Assembly: GCF_009914755.1 (NCBI RefSeq)
Contig: NC_060930.1
From: the human T2T-CHM13v2.0 reference genome, Homo sapiens
Strand: one strand, 5' to 3'
Length of the DNA stretch: 64,000 nucleotides
Positions 46,946-60,846 of the stretch are shown piece after piece (positions within the stretch are counted from its first letter, which is position 1; each line of letters starts with the position of its first letter). Below the pieces are notes generated by a model. That model worked only from the letters and a program-made list of their open reading frames with translations, was not told the DNA's origin and did no database searches. Made by a program: the position numbers and the translations under genes.

Positions 46946-49875
46946 TCAGTGTTCAAACCAAACAATTTCTGATGGAAGGAAAGCTCTGGCTCTGAGCTCT
47001 CACATGCCCAGACACAGAAGTAGTACATAAAATACTATTCCTAGTCTCTTCTCAAAGCATCCTTTGTCTTCTCTAAATACACATATATATTGGGTTGAAA
47101 TTCCACCTCTGCTTGAAGGCTCAATTTAGATGTCTTCCCTGAAATTCCAGCGCTGACAACTCTTACCCATCGTCCCTTTCGGTACACCTGACTCCGCCAC
47201 CAAGTACATCCTTCCCATAGCACCTTCCTAGAGTCTCAAAGGGCAGTAAGTACAGATTACTCAGCCCTGGATCCCTGATAGACTCAAGAACATCCTGGCA
47301 CACAACACTCTTTTAATAAATATCATGTAATTGAGTGAACTCTAAACTTAAAGAGGACACAAAAGCATTTTACCTTGGCACTATTCAGTTACAAAGCAGC
47401 CTGACCAGGCTGTTGATGTTGTTTCACCCCATAGAACACAAATGTTGTAAAAGATCCATGAACTTTTTTCCTTCCACAACGTCTGGGTGTTCTTTGCATT
47501 TTCCTCCTCCTCTCCAAGATGCTGAGAGGAGGAGCTGAGTACTTGAGGAAGAAGGTGCTGAGGGGAAAGGGTGTGCCTGGGATGGGCTACGCTTTGTCAG
47601 TTGCCTCAGGAGGTAGCTCTGACACCACTTCTTAGAAGCAGTGACTCCTGCAAAGACCCTGCCAAAGGTGCCCATCCCAAATAACACACCAGGGGCAATG
47701 GCCAGGAACTAGTGAAGCTGTCAATCAGAAGCCATTCAAGGAAGTCTGAGGAAGAGAGAGAAATGGGTGAAAGAGAAAACTCTAGAAGACTTGAAGCTAT
47801 CCCCAGTGCACTTGGATGGAATGAGCTCAGTCATAACCTCTCTGCCTTTACAATCTGTAGGTCAATCTGCAGGAGCATTACAAGCAAGGATTTAAGAAAA
47901 AGGAGATTGTTCTCCCTCACTTGTCCAAAAGTGGTGGAATCTCCCCTTCTCTCCTGACCCTCTTATCTACTTCAGATTTTTTTTTTGTAACGCTGGAGAA
48001 TTTGGTATCACAGATGGCAAATCTAAAAGGTACAAACTGACAGACACAGAGGGAAATTCCCAGATTGCTCTTATTAGAGTGTGTGTGTGTGTGCAATTCT
48101 CTTAGTCTGGAGATTCAGAGTAAGAGAAATTCAGCTCCCATTTTTTAAGACTTACACAGACAGCATAATGCTGTTTACACAGGTACAGAGGTATTTATTT
48201 TAGTCTCTCCATTTCTTCCTAGGAATAAAGTAATGCCTGCACTCAGAGCAGTTATTCTGAAAAGGGAGTCCATAGACACACAAAATTCCAGAAACCTTTA
48301 TTATTGCTGTCCTCAAAAGCTAACTAGCACAATGCCTCCCTAAGAAAGCTTTTGTGAACTTCCCATCACACACCACAGAGACATTAAATGGGTTTCATTT
48401 GTACCAGCACACCATTTTTTCATTCTAAGGTGTGCACTAGAATGAAGTGTTATTCAGTCAGCCCCTTTCTAGGGAGATACAGCACTTCAGGCCCATCCCT
48501 ACTTTGAAAAGAAATATGAACGTAAGCAGTGATGAAATGATGTGATGATAAGAGACAAAACCACCGCCGTTCACAGAAAGCCAGGGCAGGATGCTCACAA
48601 ACAAGTGACAAAGCAAACCACTCAAATGGAAAAGGAGAGGAAATACAGACAGTGCAGACTTTTAAAAAAAGTATTAGAAAATCCCCAAACTCTACTGATA
48701 GGTCTAGAATTTTTTTTTTTTTACACAAATTGTTCCCTCCTCACATTTCTTTATACACATCAAGTATCCACTTCTAAGGAAAATAGTCTAGACTCTCCAT
48801 CCCTTCCCCACACCCTTAAACTGCTATCAGATTCAAGCATTCTCATCAGAACAGCATGTATGTTCCTTTTCCTAATGGCTCAGGCCCACACATGAGAGGC
48901 ATTCACTTAGTGAATGTCATTTAGGCATTCACTCAATGAATATTTACTGACTGCCCATTATGGGAACAAGCAGTATTTTAGGTACTATTCATTCACCAGG
49001 GAAGAATAAGAATGAGAATAAGGATAAGAATACCATCCCTCCTTTTGCAGAGCTTGCAGACTAGTTGAGGAGACTGATGATTAACAAATAAATATATAAT
49101 ATGTAAGGTGCTTAAAAGAAAAACACAGAAGGCTAGAGGACTGAGAGGGATGGGGTGGATGCTATTTTATGTAGATCAGGGAAGGGTGCTTTGATAAGGT
49201 AACTCAAGAATTCCTACTTAAGGAAGCAGAGAAGCTTAGGAATGAAATATGGATCACTTTCTCCTTGCTTAGACTCTAACCAATATTTGAGCACAGAGGT
49301 GGTTTTAGAAAACTCAAGTTCAAAAATCGTTCCTGTTTATTTTCAAAAGGACCAATGAGTGTGGACCCTAAATTTAAACAGCTAAAGCTATAGTCTAAGG
49401 ACAGTCTCAAATAAATACCTTTGAATTGTCATATGGTGCCCAGGAGGGTCTTGTGGAAAGGGTTTCATGGTAGTGAAAGATGTAATAACTCTTTTTTTCT
49501 TTTAACCCTAAGACTGTGCTCAATGTTTTAAAAACAGTTGTAAATGAGGTAGTGCCAAATCATTGATTTTTAGGAACCCAAGAAGGTAAAATAAACGTTC
49601 AATTGGCCTCATCTAAGGCTGATACTTTATGCAACTTGAGACACTTAGGGTAAAAACCACCACTGGAGGTGATTTAACTCAATTTTCTCAAGTTGTCCAT
49701 CATAAAATGAGTCCCCATGGTAGAGAGGACCCAAGGTTATATGGCTAACAACAGCATTGTGCATAAAATCCAGGTCTGCTAACTCTGAGTTCAGTGTCAG
49801 CATCATTCTCTTCTTGTACAAGATCCCCCCTCCCCCCAGCCCTTACAGCCAGTCTGAAACATCTTCAGGGGCAAA

Positions 49876-49890
49876 GGCCATCTGCTGGCA
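49876..49890 (-). promoter_or_regulatory. Candidate CTCF site
   Basis: Minus strand TGCCAGCAGATGGCC fits the CCASYAGRKGGC core; motif only. Confidence 0.4.
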
Positions 49891-50831
49891 AGTGGTGGCA
49901 GATTTGAGAGGCAGTTAATGGGACATGCACAGGAATGAATGCCAGGAGTAACATCTGCAAGGACTGCTGAGCATGGGAACCACTACTTCCAATGGCTGCT
50001 GTGATTATCACTCACACATTTATACACCCACTCCTAGACCCTGTTTATGTGCAAACATGCATTCTTTGAAAATTGCCTGCCTTCTCTACTGCAACAGTTC
50101 TCCATGGCACAGGCTTTGGGGCATGCAGGACACTAAACCCAGGAAGACAGAAAACCAGTGTTGTAAACATGTGCCCAGATAATGAAAGGTTACCAACATC
50201 ACAGTTTACTAAGAAAACTAGGAACCCCCCACTGCCCCTACCAAGCAAATGCGGTTTTGAAAAGAAAGTACTTAGCATGCACAAAGAGTTCACTAGAATT
50301 TGGTATTTCCTTGCTCTCTCAACACACTCCATTTACAGAAGGATTTTAAAATTACTTCAAGTCTGCCATGTGGCATCTTAAAGTGTACACTTCAGAAGTC
50401 CTTTGAAAACCTCACTCAATCTTTGAGGTCTGACAGGGTGTCACATGAACAGTTCAAAGCAACGGTTAAAACAACAACAAAAAACCCCCACTAGATTTGA
50501 AACAAAAGCTATCTTGATTATGGTAACTGCATGAGTTATTTAAATAGAGCCTGAAACCTAAAGCAGTTTTACATAAGACACTTGTTTCCTAGGATAAAAA
50601 TGCTTTAAAAAATACCACCAGAAGTGCATTCTAACAGTTACCTGATTGGGAAAATGATTTCTAGTAAAACACACTGTAACTGGAGTACCCAAATCTAACA
50701 TGGCCCACAATTATTCCTTGATAGTGACAGAAACTTTTACAATAAGGTTTTTTTTAAAAAAATAAGTAAAATAGTGCTTTCACAATGCTCTTCCCCTTAT
50801 GAGGACCCTAAACCAAGATGCTGATTGCTTA

Positions 50832-51152
<321 letters not shown>

Positions 51153-51637
51153 ATAAGGTAGTATGAAGCAATACACAGACTTGCAAAATATTGTTTTATG
51201 GGGGCTCGCGACTTGCCCAAGGTTGCCAGTGTACTTGATCTCAACAGTAGGAATAGGATTCAGGTCAGCTGATTCCAGGCTGACTGATTTCCACTAGACC
51301 CAACGTGTACAGAATGGAAACACAATGAAGCTTCAGTGTCTCCCACTGTCTGCTTTCAATGAAGCACTGGGAAAATTTGAATTTAATAAGCTCATATTAA
51401 TATTACTGATTATTTAACCCTGAGGAGATGATATGGATACATATGCATATTTTAATACAAATGTTTAGAAATCTATGAAACCAAAAAAATTAGGAACATT
51501 TTTTTTCCTTGTCAATACTTTTCTCCCTGATATATGCTACACTTTGCTCTTTACAAATCTTGTAGGCAACTGCAAAAAAAATAGGTAATACATGTTCAAA
51601 AAAGTTTTCTGGCTGAGTTAAGAAGCTGGAAACCTAA

Positions 51638-51692
<55 letters not shown>

Positions 51693-51760
51693 CACGCACA
51701 CACACACATAAACAAGAGTATACATATATATTACAGAAATATATGTATTTATATATACAC
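51638..51760. repeat. (TA)(TG)n / (CA)n microsatellite cluster
   Basis: About 22 TG units followed by CA and TA runs. Confidence 0.95.
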
Positions 51761-52670
51761 AAAAACAACAACAAAAACCTAGAAGAAATTGGCTTGTCAT
51801 TTCCTAAAATTTGAAGATAATATCTTCTCGTCCTCAGAGGTATTCATAGGCCATCCTGGGTTTCATGTAGCTATTTTCTTTCCTGGTCAAAATCTCCTAA
51901 CTGTGTTTTGTGACACAGTCCAGCAACAAGGTAAATTCTCTAGAAAGTAGGAGGGCTGAGCACCTTTGCATTATTTCCTAGTGGAAGGGCTCCCTGAAGT
52001 CACACTATGTCATCTCTTCCATTACCTGACACTAAAACTTCTCATGCAAGGCGGCCATCAGGTGACATGTGGGAACAAACTTTACTAATCTCAAAATCCC
52101 AAGCCAGTAACTGATCAAAACCAGTAAATCAGCTCATTTTAAGTAAGGGAAGCACCAAACATAACTGCTTGTAACTTGCATACCTCAAGATTTTACAAGC
52201 CAGAGAGAAAAATGTCATTTTCATCAACTGCACATACAGAAGAATAATTGCTGGATGGAAACTCTGATTGCTAATCCTTAGCCTGGAGAATTTTACCCCC
52301 TACTCACCAACCTAAAAGAACTGCAACAGCCCAGTTTAAAGGGGCTGCTCTAAATCTGATACTATTTGACTGTACCAGTAGAAAAGGTGTTCCTACAATG
52401 AAAGAATCACTGTATTCCATCCTTTTATTCCTGAAGTAGATAGTTTGCAGCATGCCATAGAAGCCGAGAGAAAGGCAAGTTCCAGCAAATACAAACAGGA
52501 CCTCTTCCCTTAAAAAATTAAATTCCCTTCCAATTAAAAAAAGAAATTAATTGGACGATCACCTAGAGCTCATGCTAATACCCCTTCAACACCTGGCTCG
52601 GTTACATCAAGTGATTCATGAATCCTACAAGGCAAGCCACTACACATATTGTTCTTGGTTGTTAACTTAC

Positions 52671-52808
52671 AACATTCACTGCGTACTGTTCACAGGTAGC
52701 CTCAGCCTATACTTCACCATGGAGACTTCCCACAGGCTCTGGAGGGCTCCTGAGGGCTCTTGGGCTCAGGCGTGTTCTTTCTTCCTTTCACAGAGAAGTG
52801 AGAAATAC
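52671..52808 (-). other. ATXN1: Non-coding 5'UTR exon (138 nt) of ataxin-1, likely the last non-coding exon before the ATG-bearing exon
   Basis: Minus strand: polypyrimidine tract and acceptor (TTTTTCTTTTTCTTCTGTTCTATTTCCATGCTAG|G), donor GTT|GTAAGT. Exon text GAAAGAACACGCCTGAGCCCAAGAGCCCTCAGGAGCCCTCCAGAGCC...CAGTACGCAGTGAATGTT matches my recollection of the ATXN1 mRNA leader (recall, not a search). Confidence 0.85.
52676..52720 (-). promoter_or_regulatory. uORF within the 5'UTR exon (MVKYRLRLPVNSTQ*)
   Basis: TCCATGG start context; ATG GTG AAG TAT AGG CTG AGG CTA CCT GTG AAC AGT ACG CAG TGA lies wholly inside the exon. Translation is not demonstrated. Confidence 0.6.
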
Positions 52809-55800
52809 CTAGCATGGAAATAGAACAGAAGAAAAAGAAAAAGGTAAACACATCATCAAATCACTTGTTATCTGAACAAATACAGTCTCACGACCAATTA
52901 GACGAATTGATAGTTCACCAAAGACCATTTTCTTAAAAAAGAAGTTCAATGTTCTTGCTCTTTTCCCAAAAAGAACACAACATGGTACAGCCAGCCTCTC
53001 CTCACCCCAAAGTTGAAGCCATTTCTGGGAGACTTCAGACACAATCTTAGCTGAGATGCAAACTTGCAAAAGCCTCAAAACAGGCCACTTGGCTTTACTC
53101 TTCTGCAAAAGGAGGCAAGGACTAGCACCTTCTGCCACTGTCATATCTTACTGGGTCATGGAGAAGATCAAGAAGATCATTCTTGCAAAGCACACACAGT
53201 TCCCGAGAAGAAATCCACTATGTTAATGCAAAGCGTTGTTGGTGGTCATAAGCCTGTTCCTGAGCTCTGGAGCCAGAATACAAAAGCCAGCACTGGTAAG
53301 GCACCAATCATCAACTATCCCGGGAGCATCCAAACGTCTGCATGCCCTACTGTGCTGAGTTTCAGGAAAGAATAGGAACAGAAACGAAGAATCTGGAATC
53401 TCCGGGAAAAAGAAAGTGAAGGCATCACGCAGGAAGCTAGGAGAAAGAGTGTAAGGTGGGCAGTAGGGCACATGCAGGAGCGTGGTTATTTGGTACACGG
53501 CTCCCTCAGATTGCTGGTTTGCAGCGTTTCGTGCACTGAATGTTTGCGACACTGTGAAATTTTCCACTTGGCTGTCTGCCATTTCCGCCCACCGAAGACA
53601 ACACTTACACCCACCAGAGTGGCACAGCGAGGCCCTGCTGGAAAAGGATTGGATAACTTTTTGTTTATTTGCTGTTGCTTTTAATGAAAAGACTTATTCA
53701 TATCCTGATCACTAATATTTTCCACACCTGGATTTCTTGATTTTTTTCCCCCTTTCAAGGCTGACCCAGGAACAGCTTCTCCTGGAACGATACTATCAAC
53801 TTATTTCGCCTTGTATACTTTTGAGAAGCACACTTGAGGCAAAGGAACTTGTATTAGCAGCTTTGAGGATGACGAGAAACAGAATTTAAGTGCTACACTA
53901 GAATCTTGTTGCTTCCCAAATACATCATCGACAAAGGCCAGTCATGTTTTTCCTTTCAAATCATGAGCATGCACAGAAAAAACAGTTGTAGTATTAGCAT
54001 TGTGGGTGTCATTAATAGCATTTCTGAGGAAAAAAAACAAAAAAGAGTGGTCCTTTATCTCTAAAAAAAGGCAAGAATGAATAATAACAAATCTTAGATT
54101 TGGAATTGGTAACACACTGACAAGTATATCTCAAAATAAAGAACTAATAAAAAATGGAGAGACAAAATTGGGACAGAAGAGAGAAAGGAGGTGTCTGCTA
54201 CTCACATAATTAACCATCACTTTCATAATGAATACAGTTTACCAAGTGCTTTCTCATTAATTAAATCATTCGCTTGATACAATTTTACTTGGTACTTGCT
54301 AAATCCACCAGGCTCTGTGTTCAACTGGGGAATACATGGTAAACAAAATAGCCCAGGACCCTGCACCCAAGGAGCTCACTGCCTCAAGAGGGACAGAATT
54401 AAATAATTATATGAGTTTTAGGAGATGCATAAAATTTGAAAACTGGATAGGCAATATGAAGGAAAAATGAACATTGTGATTTGTAGTCATGATGGGGGTA
54501 CCTCACTTAGAAGGAGGGTCTCAGGAAGGCTTCTCTTACAAAACTAACATTCGAACAGGAAAGTCAAAAATGAGCAGAAGTTAGCCAGGCATCAGGTTTC
54601 CAGGTAGAGGAAACAGTCTGTATTATACGAACTGATCTAGTGATGTACAACTGTGTTCTGTTATTTCTCTCTTTTTTATTTTGCCATTTCAACTGAGTCT
54701 CCTTGAAAAAGAAATGAGTGACACAACTGTTCTCCATACCTTGAAATAAGAGATGATTCATCTTTCTGACTGCTAGGCCATCAGAGCAACACACACCTTC
54801 TCTGTGATTAATTTCGGTGAGAGGAACACCCCTGATGCAGGTATTATTCTTGATGTGACAGCAAATAATGACCCTGCTCTCTAATGCACCCCAAGTCACT
54901 CCGTTATCACAGTGAAGTAAAAGGAAGCTCTCTTGTTGACACCTGCATGCCACAGCTGAAGTTAAGAAAACCCTCCCCCAAAAAGGACTGAAAACAGATC
55001 ACATTACTTGTAGACTTCTGAAAAACATCTTTAGGACCTCGGATCAGGTACCAGATTTCTGGCTTCCCCTTGATGATTACGGTATTTTTACTATTTCTCT
55101 CTTGGACTTAAACAGCTTTTATGCCCACCGTTAACAGTGTTCCGTCAACCTTCTCTCTTGGTTCTTGGTTCAGTGGTCTGTTTACTTACCCACATGAGCC
55201 GCAAGCAAGGTGCAAAGAAATTAAAAGCAGTGGAAATGTCATGTTCATCTGAAGTGTTTTCTTCTTCCCTATCATCCCACATCTGGCTCAACTTAATTCT
55301 TCCACTAAGGAAAATCAGTAGTTTGCTTTCTTCATCCTACAACATTAAAGCATCATCCAACAGGCTCATTCATGTTCTCCCCATGAATGGAGTAAGTCTG
55401 AAAGCCTGTCTGAAACAAATATGCCAAACTTCTATTTGAGTCTCTTTCCATTTAAAATGTCCAAGATAAAATGTAATTTATCCTACAAGCTTCTTATACA
55501 AACAAAAATATTAACAATATTCCACATTCAAAGTCTCAGAGTATAAACCTTCACTTTGACCTGGCAACTTTGACACACTCAGAAAGGAGAGAGAGAACAA
55601 GAAAAAGCACTTCCTGAAGCCAAGGTGTCCAATATCTTGCCATCGGACCTGGGAAATTACGCCAGGCTGTCAGTTTCATCCTCTGCCTAGAGGAGAAAAT
55701 GACACAATGCCAATTTCTCCTTCCCCTGACTGCCCACAGCACTTACAGTCTCTACCACACATTCTGACCCAAGGTCCTTTTCAGTTCAGCACTTTGTTAT

Positions 55801-56324
55801 ACTGTCTTTTTATACTCCACTGGATTTATTTAAGTCTTGAAGGCTCAAAAAGTTTCTAAGCTCTCTGATGAAAGAAACCTTGCCATGCCCTTCTTTTGCA
55901 ACCTCCTAACAGCATCTAGTGGAAGAGCCTGGATTTAACTTAAATGATCCATATCCAAAACCTGTTCTAGGACTTAACCCTTACTCCAAAAGAATCACCA
56001 GTCTACAGCTATGCTTTAAGCCCATTTCACCTTTCTCTGTCTTCCAGGGACTTGAAAGTCTGATGATGCCTATCATCATCATGTGTCAGCCCTCCACAAA
56101 CTCAAAAAAAATTAAATTACAACTTAGCCTTTCTATTCTGTTCTTCCAATCCATTACATCTTAAGTCATTAGTGGAATTTGAACAGTTGTCATCTCCTTT
56201 CAAGATTTACAAACTCCCCCATTTCCTCATCACCAGCAGCTTACATCACTAGCTCTCATAGCTTCTCAAAGCCACTATTAAGGAAACCTTCATGGCATGT
56301 GGAGGGGAGATGCAGACCTCTGAG

Positions 56325-56702
56325 GCAGTGATATTCAAACTTGAAGCAGCATCAGAAATGGCTGGAGAAGGCCAGGTGCAGTGGCTCACACCTGTAATCC
56401 CAGCACTTTGGGAGGCTGAGGCAGGAAGGTGGCTTGAGCTCAGGAGTTCAAGGCTGCAATGCACTATGATCACGCCACTGTACCCCAGCCTGGGCGAAAG
56501 AACAAGACTCCGACTCAAAAAAAGGAAAGAAACGAATAGAAATGGCTAGAGGGTCTTGTTAAATCAGAGAATGCTAAGACCCATCTGTAGAATTTCTGAT
56601 TCAGTAGGCTTGGGGTGGGGTCAGATAATTTGTATTTCTGACAAGTTCCCAGGTGATGCTGATACTGCTGGTCCAGGGACCAGACTTTGAGAACCACTTC
56701 TC
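56325..56702. mobile_element. MER5A-like DNA transposon split by an Alu monomer
   Basis: CAGTGATATTCAAACTT start; TTCTGATTCAGTAGG...GACTTTGAGAACCAC end. Confidence 0.75.
56370..56535 (+). mobile_element. Monomeric Alu (FAM/FRAM-like) inserted in a MER5A-like element
   Basis: Single ~150-bp monomer with A-tail; TSD AGAAATGGCT(G/A)GAG. Confidence 0.8.
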
Positions 56703-57369
56703 TAAGGTTAAATGTTTCTGTCAATTACAGGGCCAGAGAGATGCTGAGGATCTTTTGAGTACATTTAATCACCATTTGATAGCTACATTGAAAGCAATGA
56801 TACCTGTCTATTTCAAAGAAGCGACAAATGACCAAAAAAAAAAAAAAAACCAAAAACCAAACAACAAAAAACTTCACACACTATATTACCCAGGTTATTA
56901 CACTGTGTGTGGCCTCTCTACTTGGAGTCTGAATCCATTCTCCTCCTACTGGTTCCAGATCCTGCTGGGGTCAACTCTGCTCCCAACTTCCCTTCAGTCT
57001 TTTTCCTCTCTACTGGAAATTTCTCACACTCCAAGCATACTCAGTCACTGCTATTCCTAAAAGAATTTATCCATACCCTAATACAGTCCCAAATGGCTGT
57101 CCTCTCTCTTCTGTTTACCAACAAACAGTTGTACTATACATTCAATGCCAGTATTTCACCGCCTACATCTTAAAACTCTGGAGCTTGATTTCCACCACTT
57201 TTCTCTGTGTTAGTAACCTTCCTTCTCCTCCAAAGGTCAAGAATGGTTTCCTGCCTTCTAAATGCAGTGACCTTTGCTGAGTCCTCCTCTTAACTTCTCT
57301 AACAATGTCTGATACAGTTCACTAGTAATAGTTCCTTCCATTTTCTTTTCCTTTTATTTAGTAGACTAG

Positions 57370-57785
57370 CATTTTTGCCTGAACAGCATCTTTTCTGGAA
57401 TGATCTCTCCCCTTGGCTGTTATCTGGGCTGGGATGACTTCACACATTGGCCTGGAAGATGGACATATGACCCAGGTCTGGGCAATCGTAATACAACAAC
57501 CCTCCAGCCACAGTGACTGGCCTAGGGGTAGGCATGTACCCAAGGCAAGCCAATCAAAGGCCTCTCTCAGACTACCTGGAACTAAGAGGAGCAACACACT
57601 CTTTCCTAGTGAGACCACGGGAGCATGATGCTACTAACAGCTGGTTTCTTTAGCCACCTCTTACAGAAAGCCCACTGGAGAAGGAAGCTTCCCAGTACAG
57701 AGAAAAGCTGAAAGACAGAAAATCTGAGTCCTGATGACAGTAAAGTCCCTTGGATTTAGCCATGCCAGAAGTTAGACGGATCCCT
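57370..57785 (+). mobile_element. Old MLT1-type LTR relic
   Basis: GGACATATGACCCAGGTCTGGGCAATC...GACTGGCCTAGGGGTAGGCATG motifs. Confidence 0.55.
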
Positions 57786-57788
57786 GGA

Positions 57789-58300
<512 letters not shown>

Positions 58301-58329
58301 TGATCCCTGGAATTTTTAGTTATATTATG

Positions 58330-59240
58330 ATAGACCAAATTCTAATGTAGCCCACAAGATTGCCATGTCCCCTGCCAGACACACACCTCTTCCCAGTTAG
58401 TCAGTGGGACAGTAATCAAGGTTCTGCTGTTGTGAAGGGATTTTGCAAATATAAGTGAGGTCCAAAGTCAACCAACCTTAAAATAGAGAGATTATCTTGG
58501 TGAGCCTGATCTAATTAAGAGAACCCTAAAAGGGATGGGGCTTTACCAGGAATGAGATTCAAAGTGAGAGAGGACATGTTGATGGAGGAGGCAAGTCATA
58601 TGGCAAGGAACTGAAGGTGAATGCCAGGACCTGAGAGTGGCCCCCAGCTCACAGCCAGCAATGGAACGGGACCTTGGTCCTACGACCACAAGAAACTAAA
58701 TACAAAAAACCATGTGAGCTTGAAAAAGGACCATGAGCTCCAGATAATAAGGCAGCCCTGTTGACACCTCAATTTCAGTCTTATGAAACCCTGAACAGAT
58801 AATTCAGCTAAGCCATGCCTGGACTTCGGACCTCCAACAGATAATTCAACTAAGCCATGCCTGGACTTCGCACCTCCAGAAACTGTGAGATAATAAATAG
58901 GTATTGTTATAGGTGGGAATTGAACAATGAGAACACATGGACACAGGAAGGGGAACATCACACTCTGGGGACTGTAGTGGGGTGGGGGGAGCGGGGAGGG
59001 ATAGCATTAGGAGATATACCTAATGCTAGATGACGAGTTAATGGGTGCAGCACACCAGCATGGCACATGTATACATATGTAACTAACCTGCACATTGTGC
59101 ACATGTACCCTAAAACTTAAAGTATAATAATAATAACATAAAAAATAAAAAAAGAAAAGATGCACACACAAAAAAAAATAAATAGGTGTTGTTTAAGTCA
59201 CTATATTTGTAGTTTGTCATACAGCAATAGAAAACCAATC
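58330..59240 (+). mobile_element. MLT1-type LTR interrupted by L1PA
   Basis: AGAGAGATTATCTTGGTGAGCCTGATCTAAT; AGAAACTGTGAGATAATAAAT; ends ACAGCAATAGAAAACCAATCCA. Confidence 0.75.
58909..59176 (+). mobile_element. Short 3' L1PA fragment (L1PA2/PA3-like) inside an MLT1 LTR
   Basis: L1 3'UTR sequence plus A-tail; 17-bp TSD AATAAATAGGT(A/G)TTGTT at 58892-58908 and 59177-59193. Confidence 0.93.
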
Positions 59241-60783
59241 CACATATAATACAATACATTTCTTTTTTTTTTTTGCTTGAATCACTTTGAGTTTAATTTG
59301 TCTATTGTAACCAAAATAAACAAATATTCTTAATTTCTCTGAGATGGTACTTTCTTGGGTTCCTTATATTACTCCTTATGGCCCCTCTGCAGTTTTTTGC
59401 TCTCTCTGTTCTTTCTAACTCTAGGGGACAGATTTCCTAAGGCTATCTGCTCAGTTCTATTCACTTTCTATAATGATTTCCTTCTACTGTTTATCGTTCT
59501 TAAATCTGTATCCTGGTCCCTGGTATCTCCCCCTACAAACTCCTGGATATATGCAGTGGAAATAAATTATGTTTATTTCAAACTTTCCCAGTCCCTTGCT
59601 CCAAACCCAGCTCCTCCTCTTTAATTTCTGATGGAAGCTGACAGCATCATCATCTTCTACTCTTTCTCCCACATTCCATCGGTTTCCAAGTCCTACCAAT
59701 TCTGCACCCTTTCTATCTTCACCGCCCCATGCTAGCTCAGACTGAATTCCTCTCACAGCAGCCTGCTCATTGGTCTTCTTGTCAATGCTTTCTCTCTCTA
59801 AACCATTTGAGTCATCCCTGTTGGATCGAACTTCCGAAAGTAGATATAACACAACTTCCCCGTGCCATCCATACCTTCATTGGTTCCTACAGCTTACTGA
59901 ACATCTTCGAAATTCTTTATTTGATGCTGAAGATCTTCACAATCTGGCCCCAGCATGCTTTTCCAACTTCATTTCTACTTCTCCCCTCATGCACACTGAA
60001 GCAGCCACAGTGAGCTTCTCACTTCCTCTCTGAGAGCCCGCATTTCTACTCCACGTGTCAAAATGTAAGCCAGACCTCCCAAGACCAGCTCAAATCCCAC
60101 TTTTTCTACAACTCTTTTATCCTCTTATTCTACAACTTTCTCAATCAGAAGTTTTTTTTTTTTTTTTTTTGGTTGTTTTGTTTTTGCATGTGAATGCCTA
60201 TGGTTTTAAAATTCATTTTCCTTATGTTACTAACCATTTTATTCCTTATCCTACAATAGGTGTCATCTCCCCAAGTGGAATGTGGTAACTTCCGTAAAGG
60301 TAGGGTTTATGTCTGTCTTCTTTTTGTAAGCTTCACAGGGCTTTCGCAAATGATAACTCTTTGATCAATATTTGTTGATTAACTGATTGATAACATGGTA
60401 TTATATTACATTATACTTGAAGACGTTATATGTCTTTGAGTCTCTGTCCTCCATGGAAGAGGACAGGTGTTCAAATGGAAGAACACCCTTTTGGGTGACT
60501 TGGAGAAAAATCATCACATAAGTCTCTAAGGAAACTGTGCAGTCCCTCAATGAAATGTTCCACAACAGCCTCTTTTTCCAACTCAGAACTAAAGGTAACT
60601 CTTTGTATTTCCTTTCTGAGGAATAAAGAGAAGCTGCCAGGGCTGCTGGCAATTGCAGAGTTCAGAAATGCTTCCTCTGAATGAGCACACTCAGCCCAGC
60701 AGGGTGCAGAGCCCTGTCTCCACCCTGCCCACCAAGGAGCTTAAGTGGCAGGCAAACTGGGCCAAAAACACCCCTTTCCCATG

Positions 60784-60846
60784 GAGAGGCATCTCCAGTG
60801 CAGGGCTGGACTGAGAGGCATCTCCAGTGCAGGGCTGGACTGAGAG
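60784..60846 (+). repeat. Perfect 29-bp tandem duplication
   Basis: GAGAGGCATCTCCAGTGCAGGGCTGGACT x2 plus GAGAG. Confidence 0.95.

Noticed and set aside
53223-53582. 119-aa minus-strand ORF near the host exon
   Set aside because: No recognisable homology or exon boundaries; the region is reported only as a regulatory candidate.
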